NCBI RefSeq assembly: GCF_049800675.1
Contig: NZ_JBLOOT010000001.1
Coordinates: 529,081-553,080, forward strand
Reading direction: 5' to 3'
DNA: 24,000 nt
Source: Novispirillum sp. DQ9
GTDB lineage: Bacteria > Pseudomonadota > Alphaproteobacteria > Rhodospirillales > Rhodospirillaceae
The notes under the pieces were generated by a model. That model saw nothing but the letters and a program-made list of their open reading frames with translations, was not told the origin of the DNA and made no database searches. Both the position numbers and the translations under genes were made by a program. Below are positions 16,411 through 24,000 of this stretch, piece by piece (within the stretch, counting starts at the first letter, position 1; each line of letters opens with the position of its first letter).

Positions 16411-16701
16411 ATGGCCATGAAGCTCCCCCCTCATCCCGGCCTTTCGGTGCGGGAGGATTGTCTGGAGCCTTTGGGCCTGACGGTGACGGAGGCGGCGCGG
16501 CATCTGGGGGTCAGCCGCAAGCAGTTGTCGGCCGTGGTCAACGGGCAGGCCGGCATTTCGCCGGAGATGGCGATCCGGCTGGACAAGGCGTTCGGCGGCG
16601 GCGCCGAGGCGTGGCTGCGGCTTCAGACGGCCTATGATCTGGCGCAGGCCATGACGCGGGCGGACGACATCAAGGTCGAGCGCATCACCCGCGCCGCGTA
16701 G
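16411..16701 (+). CDS. higA: HigA antitoxin (XRE-type HTH), 96 aa
   Basis: [70 protein letters not shown] is the HigA/VapI antidote pattern. AGGAGGA lies 5 nt upstream, and the gap from higB is 12 nt. Confidence 0.9.
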   Translation: MAMKLPPHPGLSVREDCLEPLGLTVTEAARHLGVSRKQLSAVVNGQAGISPEMAIRLDKAFGGGAEAWLRLQTAYDLAQAMTRADDIKVERITRAA

Positions 16702-16740
16702 CTCCCGTCACGGGAGGTCTGGAGGGGCCAGCCCCTCCAG
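16702..16740 (+). terminator. Two tandem hairpins immediately after the higA stop
   Basis: The first is CTCCCG-TCA-CGGGAG (16702-16716). The second is CTGGAGGGG-CCAG-CCCCTCCAG (16719-16740). No U-tract follows. Confidence 0.4.
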
Positions 16741-16831
16741 CACCCGCCCACCTTGACGAGAATCAAGACGGCCCGGCGGCTCCTGTGGCACAAGGGGATC
16801 GCTCCCCCTGAGCAAGACCGGAGACTGCCCG

Positions 16832-17233
16832 ATGACCGCCGCTGCCCTCGCCCTGCCCTGGACCGATGCCCTGAAGGTCAACGTCGACTTCATCGACCAT
16901 GACCACGAGGAGTTCGTCGCCCTGCTGAACGCCTCCATTGCCGCCAGCGACGCCGACTTTCCGGCCGCCTTCAAGGCTCTGGCCGCGCACACCGTGGAGC
17001 ACTTCGCCCGCGAGGAGGAGTTGATGGACCGCACCGGCTTCTTCGCCACCGGCTGCCACAAGGGCGAGCACGCCCGCGTGCTGAACGAGGTGCGCCGGTT
17101 CCTAGGACATGTCGAGACGGGCAATCTGGCTTTCGCGCGGGCCTATGTGGCCGAGCAGATGCCGCAGTGGTTCATCCTGCACCGCAACACCATGGACGCC
17201 GCCACGGCCGCCTTCGCGTTGCAGAACGCCTAA
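16832..17233 (+). CDS. Hemerythrin-like metal-binding protein (bacteriohemerythrin), 133 aa
   Basis: LPWTDALKVNVDFIDHDHEEFVALLN...HTVEHFAREEELM...HKGEHARVL...FILHRNTMDAA shows the W..-..IDxxHxxL opening and the His/Glu/Asp ligand spacing of hemerythrin. GGAGA lies upstream of the ATG. Confidence 0.85.
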   Translation: MTAAALALPWTDALKVNVDFIDHDHEEFVALLNASIAASDADFPAAFKALAAHTVEHFAREEELMDRTGFFATGCHKGEHARVLNEVRRFLGHVETGNLAFARAYVAEQMPQWFILHRNTMDAATAAFALQNA

Positions 17234-17318
17234 TCCGGGTGAACCTGCACAACGCGCTTGCAAAAAGCCGCCGCTCCCTTAGCCTCAGGCGAACGTTTGC
17301 CGGACAGGAGGGGCGGCC

Positions 17319-17966
17319 ATGCCAGCGCATGTCATCACCATCGCGCAGCAGAAGGGCGGCGCGGGCAAGACCACCGTCGCCGCGCAGCTTGCGGTGGCCT
17401 GGGTCAAGGCACGCGCGCGGGTCGCCGTCATCGACATCGATCCGCAGCGCAGCCTGGCCGGGTGGCACGGCGTGCGGTGCGGCGCCCTGGGCGCCGACGG
17501 CGGCGGCATCCGCCTGACCGAGGTGGCCGGCTGGCGCCTGAGCACCGAGTTGGACCGCCTGCGCGCCGACCACGACTGGATCCTCATCGACAGCCCGCCG
17601 CACGCCGACACCGACGCCAAGGCCGCCATCCGCGCCGCCGATCTGGTGCTGGTGCCGGTGCAGCCCAGCCCCATGGACCTGTGGGCCATCGGCCCGACGC
17701 TGGAGGCCGCGCGCAAGGAAAAGCGCCCCGCCCTGGTGGTGCTCAACCGCATGCCGCCGCGCGGCACCCTGCCCGACCGCATCACCGCCGCCCTGGCGGA
17801 GAAGGATGTCCCGGTGGCGGCCGCCATGCTGGGCAGCCGGGTGGCCTTCGCCGCCTCCATGATGGAGGGGCTGGGCGTCGTGGAGACGCAGCCGCGCGCC
17901 ACGGCGGCGCAGGAGATCCGCGCCCTGGCCGCCGAGGTCGAGGGCATCCTGGGCAAGGGACGCTAG
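17319..17966 (+). CDS. ParA/MinD-family P-loop ATPase (orphan, no ParB nearby), 215 aa
   Basis: It has the deviant Walker A QQKGGAGKTTVAAQLA, IDIDPQRS, and the Walker B-like ILIDSPPH. CAGGAGGGG lies upstream of the ATG. Confidence 0.9.
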   Translation: MPAHVITIAQQKGGAGKTTVAAQLAVAWVKARARVAVIDIDPQRSLAGWHGVRCGALGADGGGIRLTEVAGWRLSTELDRLRADHDWILIDSPPHADTDAKAAIRAADLVLVPVQPSPMDLWAIGPTLEAARKEKRPALVVLNRMPPRGTLPDRITAALAEKDVPVAAAMLGSRVAFAASMMEGLGVVETQPRATAAQEIRALAAEVEGILGKGR

Positions 17967-17969
17967 GCC

Positions 17970-18431
17970 ATGTTCTATTCGCTTCTGATCGCCCTGCACC
18001 TGCTGGGCGCCATCGTGTGGGTGGGCGGCATGTTCTTCGCCACCCTGGTGCTGCGGCCGGCCGCCGTGGTGCTGGAACCGCACGAGCGCCTGGTGCTGTT
18101 CAGCAAGGTCTTCCCGCGCTTTTTCCGCTGGGTGTGGATCAGCCTGATCGCCATCGTGGTGTCGGGCTACTGGGTGGTGTTCGGCATCTATGGCGGCTTC
18201 GCCAACGTCGGCGGCCATGTGCACATCATGCAGGCCAGCGGCCTGGTGATGGTGGCGCTGTTCATGTTTCTGTACTTCGTGCCCTTCCGCCGCTTTGAAC
18301 TGGCGGTGGCGGCCAACGACATGATCGCCGCCGGCAAGCACATGGCGGCCATCCGGGGCATCGTCACCACCAACCTGATCCTCGGGCTGGCGACCTCCGC
18401 CCTGGGCGCGGCGCGGGTCTACTGGGGCTGA
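17970..18431 (+). CDS. Small integral membrane protein, four predicted TM helices (CopD-like/DUF-type, family uncertain), 153 aa
   Basis: It has four hydrophobic stretches, and LHLLGAIVWVGGMFF recalls CopD-domain proteins. The ATG is only 3 nt after the ParA-like stop. Confidence 0.6.
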   Translation: MFYSLLIALHLLGAIVWVGGMFFATLVLRPAAVVLEPHERLVLFSKVFPRFFRWVWISLIAIVVSGYWVVFGIYGGFANVGGHVHIMQASGLVMVALFMFLYFVPFRRFELAVAANDMIAAGKHMAAIRGIVTTNLILGLATSALGAARVYWG

Positions 18432-18482
18432 CCGGAGCCGACGCCTGCCCTTTCCGAACGCCCCCAGCACAGGGAGACGCTC

Positions 18483-19103
18483 ATGAACGGCGACAAGCAG
18501 CGGCCGACGGCGGTCGAGATCGTGGAGCGCGAGCGGGTCTATTCCGGCTACTTCAAGATCGACCGCCTGCGCCTGCGCCATGAGTTGTACCAGGGCGGCA
18601 TGGGCAAGGAAGTCCTGCGCGAGGTGGCCGAGCGCGGCCATGCCGTGGCCGTCATGCTCTATGACCCCGACCGCGACGCCGCCGTGATGATCGAGCAGTT
18701 CCGCCCCGGCGCCCACGCCGCCGGCTGGGACGCCTGGCTGCTGGAGGTGGTGGCGGGCATCATCGAGGACGGCGAATCGGCCCTCGACGTCGCCCGCCGC
18801 GAGTGCATGGAGGAAGCCGGCGTCGCCATCGACGAATTCGTCGAAGGCCCCTCCTACCTCGCCAGCCCCGGCGTGCTGACGGAAAGCATCAGCCTGTTCA
18901 TCGGCCGGGTAGACTCCTCGCGCTGCGGCGGCATCCACGGGCTGGGCGAGGAAGGCGAGGACATCCGCGTCGTCGTCCTGCCCCTGGACGAGTTGCGCCG
19001 CCGTGTCGAAGCCCATGCCCTGACCAACGCCACCAGCCTGATCGCCGCCCAGTACCTGCTGCTGAACCGGGATACCCTGCGGGCGCGGTGGGGTATCTCT
19101 TGA
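18483..19103 (+). CDS. nudF: ADP-ribose pyrophosphatase (Nudix hydrolase, NudF-like), 206 aa
   Basis: It has the Nudix box GIIEDGESALDVARRECMEEAGV. The N-terminal VYSGYFKIDRLRLRHELYQGG and EQFRPG are typical of NudF/ADPRase. AGGGAGA lies upstream. Confidence 0.8.
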   Translation: MNGDKQRPTAVEIVERERVYSGYFKIDRLRLRHELYQGGMGKEVLREVAERGHAVAVMLYDPDRDAAVMIEQFRPGAHAAGWDAWLLEVVAGIIEDGESALDVARRECMEEAGVAIDEFVEGPSYLASPGVLTESISLFIGRVDSSRCGGIHGLGEEGEDIRVVVLPLDELRRRVEAHALTNATSLIAAQYLLLNRDTLRARWGIS

Positions 19104-19176
19104 TCTTACAGCGTGGGGCACCTACTCTTTAGCGAATACCCGCACGGGAATGCGCAACACAGAGGACCACTCCCCC

Positions 19177-20160
19177 ATGGACATCCGCGACGGCTTCATC
19201 GGCACCATCGGCAACACCCCGCTCATCCGCCTGAAGTGGGCGTCCGAGCAAGCCGGCTGCACCATCCTGGGCAAGGCGGAGTTCCTTAATCCCGGCGGTT
19301 CGGTGAAGGACCGCGCCGCCCTGGCGATCATCCAGGATGCCGAGGACAAGGGCCTGCTCAAGCCCGGCGGCACCATCGTCGAGGGCACGGCCGGCAACAC
19401 CGGCATCGGCCTGGCCCTGGTCGGCAACGCGCGCGGCTACAAAACCGTGATCGTCATGCCCGAGACGCAGAGCCAGGAAAAGAAGGACATGCTGCGCCTG
19501 TGCGGCGCCGACCTGCGGCTGGTCCCGGCGGTGCCCTACAAGGACCCCATGAACTACGTCCGCTACTCCGGCCGGCTGGCCGAGGAGATCGGCGGCTTCT
19601 GGGCCAACCAGTTCGACAACCAGGCCAACCGCATGGGCCACTACCGCACCACCGGACCGGAGATCTGGGACCAGTCCGGCGGCACGGTGACGGCCTTCAC
19701 CTGCGCGGTGGGCACCGGCGGCACCCTGTGGGGCGTCAGCGCGGCGCTGAAGGAGCGCAACAAGGACATCGTCTGCGCCCTGGCCGACCCCCATGGCTCG
19801 GCCCTGTTCGACTGGGTCAAGCACGGCGAACTGAAGGCCGAGGGCGGCTCCATCACCGAAGGCATCGGCCAGGGCCGGGTGACGGGCAACCTGGAGGATC
19901 TGCCGGTGGACGACGCCCTGCGCATCTCCGATCCCGAGGCGCTGGACGTCATCTTCAACCTGTTGATCAAGGACGGTCTGGTGCTGGGGGGATCCAGCGG
20001 CGTCAACGTCGCCGCCGCCATCCAGCTTGGGCGCAAGCTGGGGCCGAACGCGGTGGTGGCGACCATCCTGTGCGACAGTGGAACCCGCTACCAGAGCAAA
20101 CTGTTCAATCCCGAGTTCCTGCGCTCCAAGGGGCTTCCGATTCCGCCCTGGATGGCGTAG
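19177..20160 (+). CDS. PLP-dependent cysteine synthase / CBS-like enzyme (CysK family), 327 aa
   Basis: IGNTPLIRL...KAEFLNPGGSVKDRAAL (PLP lysine)...GTAGNTGIGLA...GTGGT...GGSSG. I prefer the ATG at 19177 (AGAGGA 10 nt upstream). The ATG at 19150 is an alternative that adds 9 aa. Confidence 0.85.
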   Translation: MDIRDGFIGTIGNTPLIRLKWASEQAGCTILGKAEFLNPGGSVKDRAALAIIQDAEDKGLLKPGGTIVEGTAGNTGIGLALVGNARGYKTVIVMPETQSQEKKDMLRLCGADLRLVPAVPYKDPMNYVRYSGRLAEEIGGFWANQFDNQANRMGHYRTTGPEIWDQSGGTVTAFTCAVGTGGTLWGVSAALKERNKDIVCALADPHGSALFDWVKHGELKAEGGSITEGIGQGRVTGNLEDLPVDDALRISDPEALDVIFNLLIKDGLVLGGSSGVNVAAAIQLGRKLGPNAVVATILCDSGTRYQSKLFNPEFLRSKGLPIPPWMA

Positions 20161-20221
20161 GGATCGATAAAGCGGACCCGGTCAACGGGTCCAGTCGAAG
20201 ACCCACGGAGAGGAAGCATCC

Positions 20222-21115
20222 ATGTCCGACGTCCCCGCCCTGGTCAGCACCCAATGGCTGGCCGAGCGCCTGAACGCGCCCGACATCCGCATCGTTGATG
20301 CCAGCCACTACGTGCCGACGGTCCAGCGCGACGCCCGCGAGGAATACGACGAGTGCCACATCCCCGGCGCCGTTTTCTTCGACATCGACGTGATCAAGGA
20401 CGTCGGCAGCCCCTATCCGCACATGCTGCCGCCGCCGGAGGTGTTCTCCTCCAAGGTCCGCAAGCTGGGCCTGGGCGACGGCAACCACATCGTCGTCTAT
20501 GACGGCAACGGCGGGGCCAGCGCGGCGGCGCGGGTGTGGTGGATGTTCCGGGTGTTCGGCAACAACAATGTCTCGGTGCTCGATGGCGGCATGCCCAAGT
20601 GGCTGCGCGAGGGACGGCCGACCGACGACATGCCCCCCATCCCGCGCGAGCGCCACTTCACCGCCCGCGTCGATACCACCCTGGTCCGCACCGCCGAGGA
20701 CGTCCTGAAGGACTCCGAAACCGGCCGTGCTCAGGTCGTCGACGCCCGCGCCGCCGGCCGCTTCCGGGGCGACGACCCGGAGCCGCGCGCGGTGTCCCGC
20801 CAGGGCCACATCCCCGGCAGCCTCAACCTGCCGTTCCTGGAGCTGATGGACCCGCGCGAGCTGACCATGAAGCCCGCGGCGGAGATCGAGGCGAAGTTCA
20901 AGGCAGCCGGCATCGACCTGTCACGGCCGGTCACCGCCTCCTGCGGATCGGGCGTCACGGCCTGCGTGCTGGCCCTGGGCGCCTACCTGATCGGCAAGAA
21001 GGACGTCGCCATCTACGATGGCTCCTGGGCCGAGTGGGCCGAACGGCACGAGTTCCCGGTCGAAGCCGGCCACGCCCCGGCGCCGCTCGACCAGCACGCG
21101 GCGAAGACGGAATAG
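20222..21115 (+). CDS. sseA: 3-mercaptopyruvate sulfurtransferase (tandem rhodanese, SseA-like), 297 aa
   Basis: It has two rhodanese domains and the active-site loop CGSGVTACV, matching the CG[ST]GVTA signature of 3-MST. GGAGAGGAAG lies upstream. Confidence 0.88.
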   Translation: MSDVPALVSTQWLAERLNAPDIRIVDASHYVPTVQRDAREEYDECHIPGAVFFDIDVIKDVGSPYPHMLPPPEVFSSKVRKLGLGDGNHIVVYDGNGGASAAARVWWMFRVFGNNNVSVLDGGMPKWLREGRPTDDMPPIPRERHFTARVDTTLVRTAEDVLKDSETGRAQVVDARAAGRFRGDDPEPRAVSRQGHIPGSLNLPFLELMDPRELTMKPAAEIEAKFKAAGIDLSRPVTASCGSGVTACVLALGAYLIGKKDVAIYDGSWAEWAERHEFPVEAGHAPAPLDQHAAKTE

Positions 21116-21123
21116 CCATCAGG

Positions 21124-21255
21124 GTTCACCACCAAGACACCAAGGCGCCAAGAGGGCATTCCAGCCGGGCCGCAGGCAGATAAACGTCGTCCGGGTTTAT
21201 CTGCGCTGCGCGCGGCCGCTGGGTCCTTGGTGACTTTGTGTCTTAGTGGTTCAAC
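21124..21255. repeat. Nested palindromic element filling the convergent sseA/ior gap
   Basis: The outer arm core is 21129-21152 (CCACCAAGACACCAAGGCGCCAAG). It matches the reverse complement of 21226-21249 (CCACTAAGACACAAAGTCACCAAG) at 20 of 24 positions. The inner hairpin is CGCAGGCAGATAAAC (21171-21185) against GTTTATCTGCGCTGCG (21195-21210), with a perfect 10-bp core, one bulge and a 9-nt loop. Confidence 0.65.
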
Positions 21256-21261
21256 ACCTCC

Positions 21262-24000
21262 CTATTCCGCCGCCATCGCCATCGGCGGTTCATCCAGGCG
21301 CGGCATCAGTTCCGCCCAGCGGGCTTCGGCCTTGGCCACCGCCTCGTCCTTGATGGCGCCATAGCCGCGGATGATCGCCGGGACGGCGGCGATCTCCACC
21401 GCCACCGGCAGGGTGTGGTCCGACAGCTTGGCCAGGGCGATCTCCATGCGCTCGCGGTACTCGGCGATCAGGCGGCGTTCCATCCGGCGTTCGGCGGTCC
21501 AGCCGAAGGGATCGAAAGGCGTGCCGCGCAGCCCCTTCAGCCGCGCCAGCGGGGCCATGGCCTTGAGCATCCACGGGCCGAAGGTCCGCTTCTTCCGCCC
21601 CAGCAGCGGCGGCGCCAGGTGGACGGAGACGCGGTAGTCACCGTCGAAGGTACGGCGGAGCTGCTCGGCGAAAGTGCCGTCGCTGTACAGGCGGGCGACC
21701 TCGTACTCGTCCTTGTAGGCCATCAGCTTGAACAGATTGCGGGCCACCGCCTCGGTCAGCGCGCGCTTGGCCGAGACCTTGGCCTCGGCCGCCTCGACAC
21801 GGGCGACGAAGGCGCGGTAGGACGCCGCATAGGCGGCGCTCTGATAGGCCGTGAGCTGCTCGACGCGGCGGTCGATGACCTCGGCCAGGGTGCGGGCGAC
21901 GGGCTTGCCCGTCCCGCCCTGGCCGGCCACCACCGCCTCCACGAAGGCCGGGTCATGGGCGGCCAGCCGCCCCCACGCCAGGGTGCGTTTGTTGGCTGCC
22001 ACCGCGACGCCGTTCAGGTCCACGGCGCGCTCCAGGGCCTCCAGGCTCACCGGCACCAGCCCCTTTTGCCAGGCATAGCCGAGCAGGAACAGGTTGGAGG
22101 CGATGGAATCGCCCAGCAGCGCGGTGGCCAGCCGGTTGGCGTCGATGAAGTGGGTGCGCTCGGTCCCGGCCGCCGTGCGCAGGGCCTTCTTCAGGCGCTC
22201 CGCCTGAAGGCTGGCGTCGGGGCTGCGGACAAAGGCGGCGGTGGGGATCTCGGTGGTGTTGGCGACCACCGTCGAATGCCCCTCCCGCAGCGTGCCCAGG
22301 GCTTCCGGGCTGGCGCCGACGACCATGTCGCAGGCCAGCAGCACCTCCGCCTGGCCGGCGTCGATGCGCACCTGGTTCAACGCCGCCGGGCTGGCGCCGA
22401 TGCGCACATGGCTGAGCACCGCCCCACCCTTCTGCGCGAAGCCCATGAAGTCCAGCACGCTGGCGCCCTTGCCCTCCAGGTGCGCGGCCATGCACAGCAG
22501 CGCGCCGACGGTCACGACGCCGGTGCCGCCGACCCCGGTAACGAGGATCTCGAAGGGGTCCGACAGGCCGGGCAAGGCCGGCAGCGGCAGGGCCGCCAGC
22601 CGCGCCGCCAGCGCCGCCTCGTCGGTCCGCGCGGCGGCCGGCTTGCGGGGGGCGCCGCCGTGCACGGTCACGAAGCTGGGACAGAAGCCGTCCAGGCAGG
22701 AGAAGTCCTTGTTGCAGGAGCTTTGGTCGATCTGGCGCTTGCGGCCGAACTCCGTCTCCACCGGCACCACGGACAGGCAGTTGGACTTCACCCCGCAGTC
22801 GCCGCAGCCTTCGCACACCGCTTCGTTGATCATCACCCGCTTGGGCGGGTCGGGGTACAGGCCACGCTTGCGCTTGCGGCGCTTCTCCGCCGCACAGGCC
22901 TGATCGTAGACCAGCACCGTCGCGCCTTCGATCGACGCCAGTTCGCGCTGGACGGCATCCAGGTCTGCGCGCGGATGCACCGTCACGCCGGGAGCGAAGT
23001 CGATGTTGGCCGGGTACTTGCCGGGATCGTCGCTGACCACGGCGATGCGCCGGACGCCCTCGGCATGGACCTGGCGGGTGATCTCGGGCACCGACAGGGG
23101 GCCGTCGTGCGGCTGGCCGCCGGTCATGGCGACGGCGTCGTTGAACAGGATCTTGTAGGTGATGTTGACCTTGGCGGCGACCGCCTGCCGCAGGGCCATC
23201 AGGCCGGAGTGGTAGTAGGTGCCGTCGCCGAGGTTCTGGAACACGTGCTTGCGCGTGGAGAACGGCGCCTGGCCGATCCAGTTCACGCCCTCGCCGCCCA
23301 TCTGGATCAGACCCTCGGTCTGGCGGTCCATCCAGCTGGCCATGAAGTGGCAGCCGATGCCGGCGAAGGCCTTGGCGCCCTCGGGCACGCGGGTCGAGGT
23401 GTTGTGCGGGCAGCCTGAGCAGAAGTAAGGCACGCGCTTCACACCCGCCGGAACGTCGTGCCCCTGCCGGCAGGTGGGAAAAGCACGGCTCATGCGTTCA
23501 CGAAGATCGGGAAAGACCTTGCCGAGCCAGTCCGCGACCACCGGAGCGATGCGCGACGGACGCAGCTCGCCGGTCGACGGCAGCAACGGCCTGCCCTGCC
23601 CGTCCGTTTTGCCGAGGATGCGCGGGGCGGCGGGCTGGCCGTAGAACAGGGTCTTGAGCTGGTCCTCGATGACCGGGCGCTTCTCCTCGACCACCAGAAC
23701 GTCCTCCAGGCCGCTCACGAAGCGGCGCAGGCCGGTGGGCTCCAGCGGCCAGGACAGGCCGATCTTGAGGATGCGCACGCCCCGGCCCGCGAGGTCCGCC
23801 GGGGTCAGGCCCAGGCGGTCGAGAACCTCCATCAGGTCCAGGTGCGCCTTGCCGGTGGTGATGATGCCCAGGCGGGCATTCGGGGCGTCCACCACCACGC
23901 GATCAAGGGGGTTGACGCGGGCGAAGGCACGCACGGCATCGAGCTTGGCGGCCAGACGCTCCTCCAGGGCCAGGCTCGGCAGGTCCGGCCAACGGTAGTG
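21262..24000 (-). CDS. Indolepyruvate ferredoxin oxidoreductase-family protein (fused alpha/beta 2-oxoacid:ferredoxin oxidoreductase), 5'-truncated
   Basis: Supporting features are the Fe-S motifs CEGCGDCGVKSNC and CNKDFSC..GFCPSF, and the TPP-binding region GDGTYYHSG. The large size (>900 aa in the window) also fits. The frame stays open from 23934 to 24000 (HYRWPDLPSLALEERLAAKLDA...), so the N-terminus lies beyond the window. Confidence 0.88.
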   Translation of the reverse strand, partial: HYRWPDLPSLALEERLAAKLDAVRAFARVNPLDRVVVDAPNARLGIITTGKAHLDLMEVLDRLGLTPADLAGRGVRILKIGLSWPLEPTGLRRFVSGLEDVLVVEEKRPVIEDQLKTLFYGQPAAPRILGKTDGQGRPLLPSTGELRPSRIAPVVADWLGKVFPDLRERMSRAFPTCRQGHDVPAGVKRVPYFCSGCPHNTSTRVPEGAKAFAGIGCHFMASWMDRQTEGLIQMGGEGVNWIGQAPFSTRKHVFQNLGDGTYYHSGLMALRQAVAAKVNITYKILFNDAVAMTGGQPHDGPLSVPEITRQVHAEGVRRIAVVSDDPGKYPANIDFAPGVTVHPRADLDAVQRELASIEGATVLVYDQACAAEKRRKRKRGLYPDPPKRVMINEAVCEGCGDCGVKSNCLSVVPVETEFGRKRQIDQSSCNKDFSCLDGFCPSFVTVHGGAPRKPAAARTDEAALAARLAALPLPALPGLSDPFEILVTGVGGTGVVTVGALLCMAAHLEGKGASVLDFMGFAQKGGAVLSHVRIGASPAALNQVRIDAGQAEVLLACDMVVGASPEALGTLREGHSTVVANTTEIPTAAFVRSPDASLQAERLKKALRTAAGTERTHFIDANRLATALLGDSIASNLFLLGYAWQKGLVPVSLEALERAVDLNGVAVAANKRTLAWGRLAAHDPAFVEAVVAGQGGTGKPVARTLAEVIDRRVEQLTAYQSAAYAASYRAFVARVEAAEAKVSAKRALTEAVARNLFKLMAYKDEYEVARLYSDGTFAEQLRRTFDGDYRVSVHLAPPLLGRKKRTFGPWMLKAMAPLARLKGLRGTPFDPFGWTAERRMERRLIAEYRERMEIALAKLSDHTLPVAVEIAAVPAIIRGYGAIKDEAVAKAEARWAELMPRLDEPPMAMAAE

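Noticed and set aside
16786-16803. TGGCAC 41 nt upstream of the hemerythrin ATG
   Set aside because: The nearest GC of a -12-like element (GATCGCT) is 2 nt too far away. No TGT-N10-ACA lies upstream.
1-24000. Search for tRNA, rRNA, CRISPR arrays, transposase or integrase genes, and known defence-system genes
   Set aside because: I saw no regularly spaced direct repeats, no cloverleaf-like sequences in intergenic gaps, and no recombinase, nuclease or helicase-type ORFs. The only mobile-type cargo is higBA and the short REP-like repeats.

Overview
This is a visibly high-GC nitrogen-fixation (nif/fix) region with Rhodospirillales/Azospirillum-like gene order; the taxon is inferred from gene order only.

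Minus strand, read right to left:
- nifE-nifN-nifX-DUF269-DUF683-ferredoxin III-nifQ, with a sigma54 promoter at 16000-16015.
- A divergent IclR regulator / orphan flavin reductase pair wedged into the cluster.
- iscA(nif)-nifU-nifS-nifV-nifW, with a near-consensus sigma54 promoter and two NifA UAS.
- fixABCX, with a sigma54 promoter and one NifA UAS.
- A single-domain parvulin PPIase.
- The left edge carries a 5'-truncated GST on the plus strand.

Plus strand, right of nifE:
- A higBA toxin-antitoxin module.
- A bacteriohemerythrin.
- An orphan ParA-like ATPase tightly coupled to a small 4-TM protein.
- NudF.
- A CysK-like PLP enzyme.
- A 3-mercaptopyruvate sulfurtransferase.
- The right edge is a 5'-truncated fused indolepyruvate/2-oxoacid:ferredoxin oxidoreductase on the minus strand.

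Intergenic regions hold three kinds of GC-rich palindromic repeat. I found no tRNA, rRNA, CRISPR array, transposase or integrase.

I do not see a clear new multi-gene system. The most checkable oddities are:
- The higBA module sits where the nifE enhancer is expected, and no NifA UAS is present there.
- The IclR/flavin-reductase wedge overlaps the nifQ 3' end.
- The parvulin lies behind fixABCX and could be a NifM analogue.
- A 58-nt repeat follows both ferredoxin genes, and its hairpin is preserved by compensatory changes.

All coordinates and alignments were done by eye from the sequence and the ORF track. No database searches were run.
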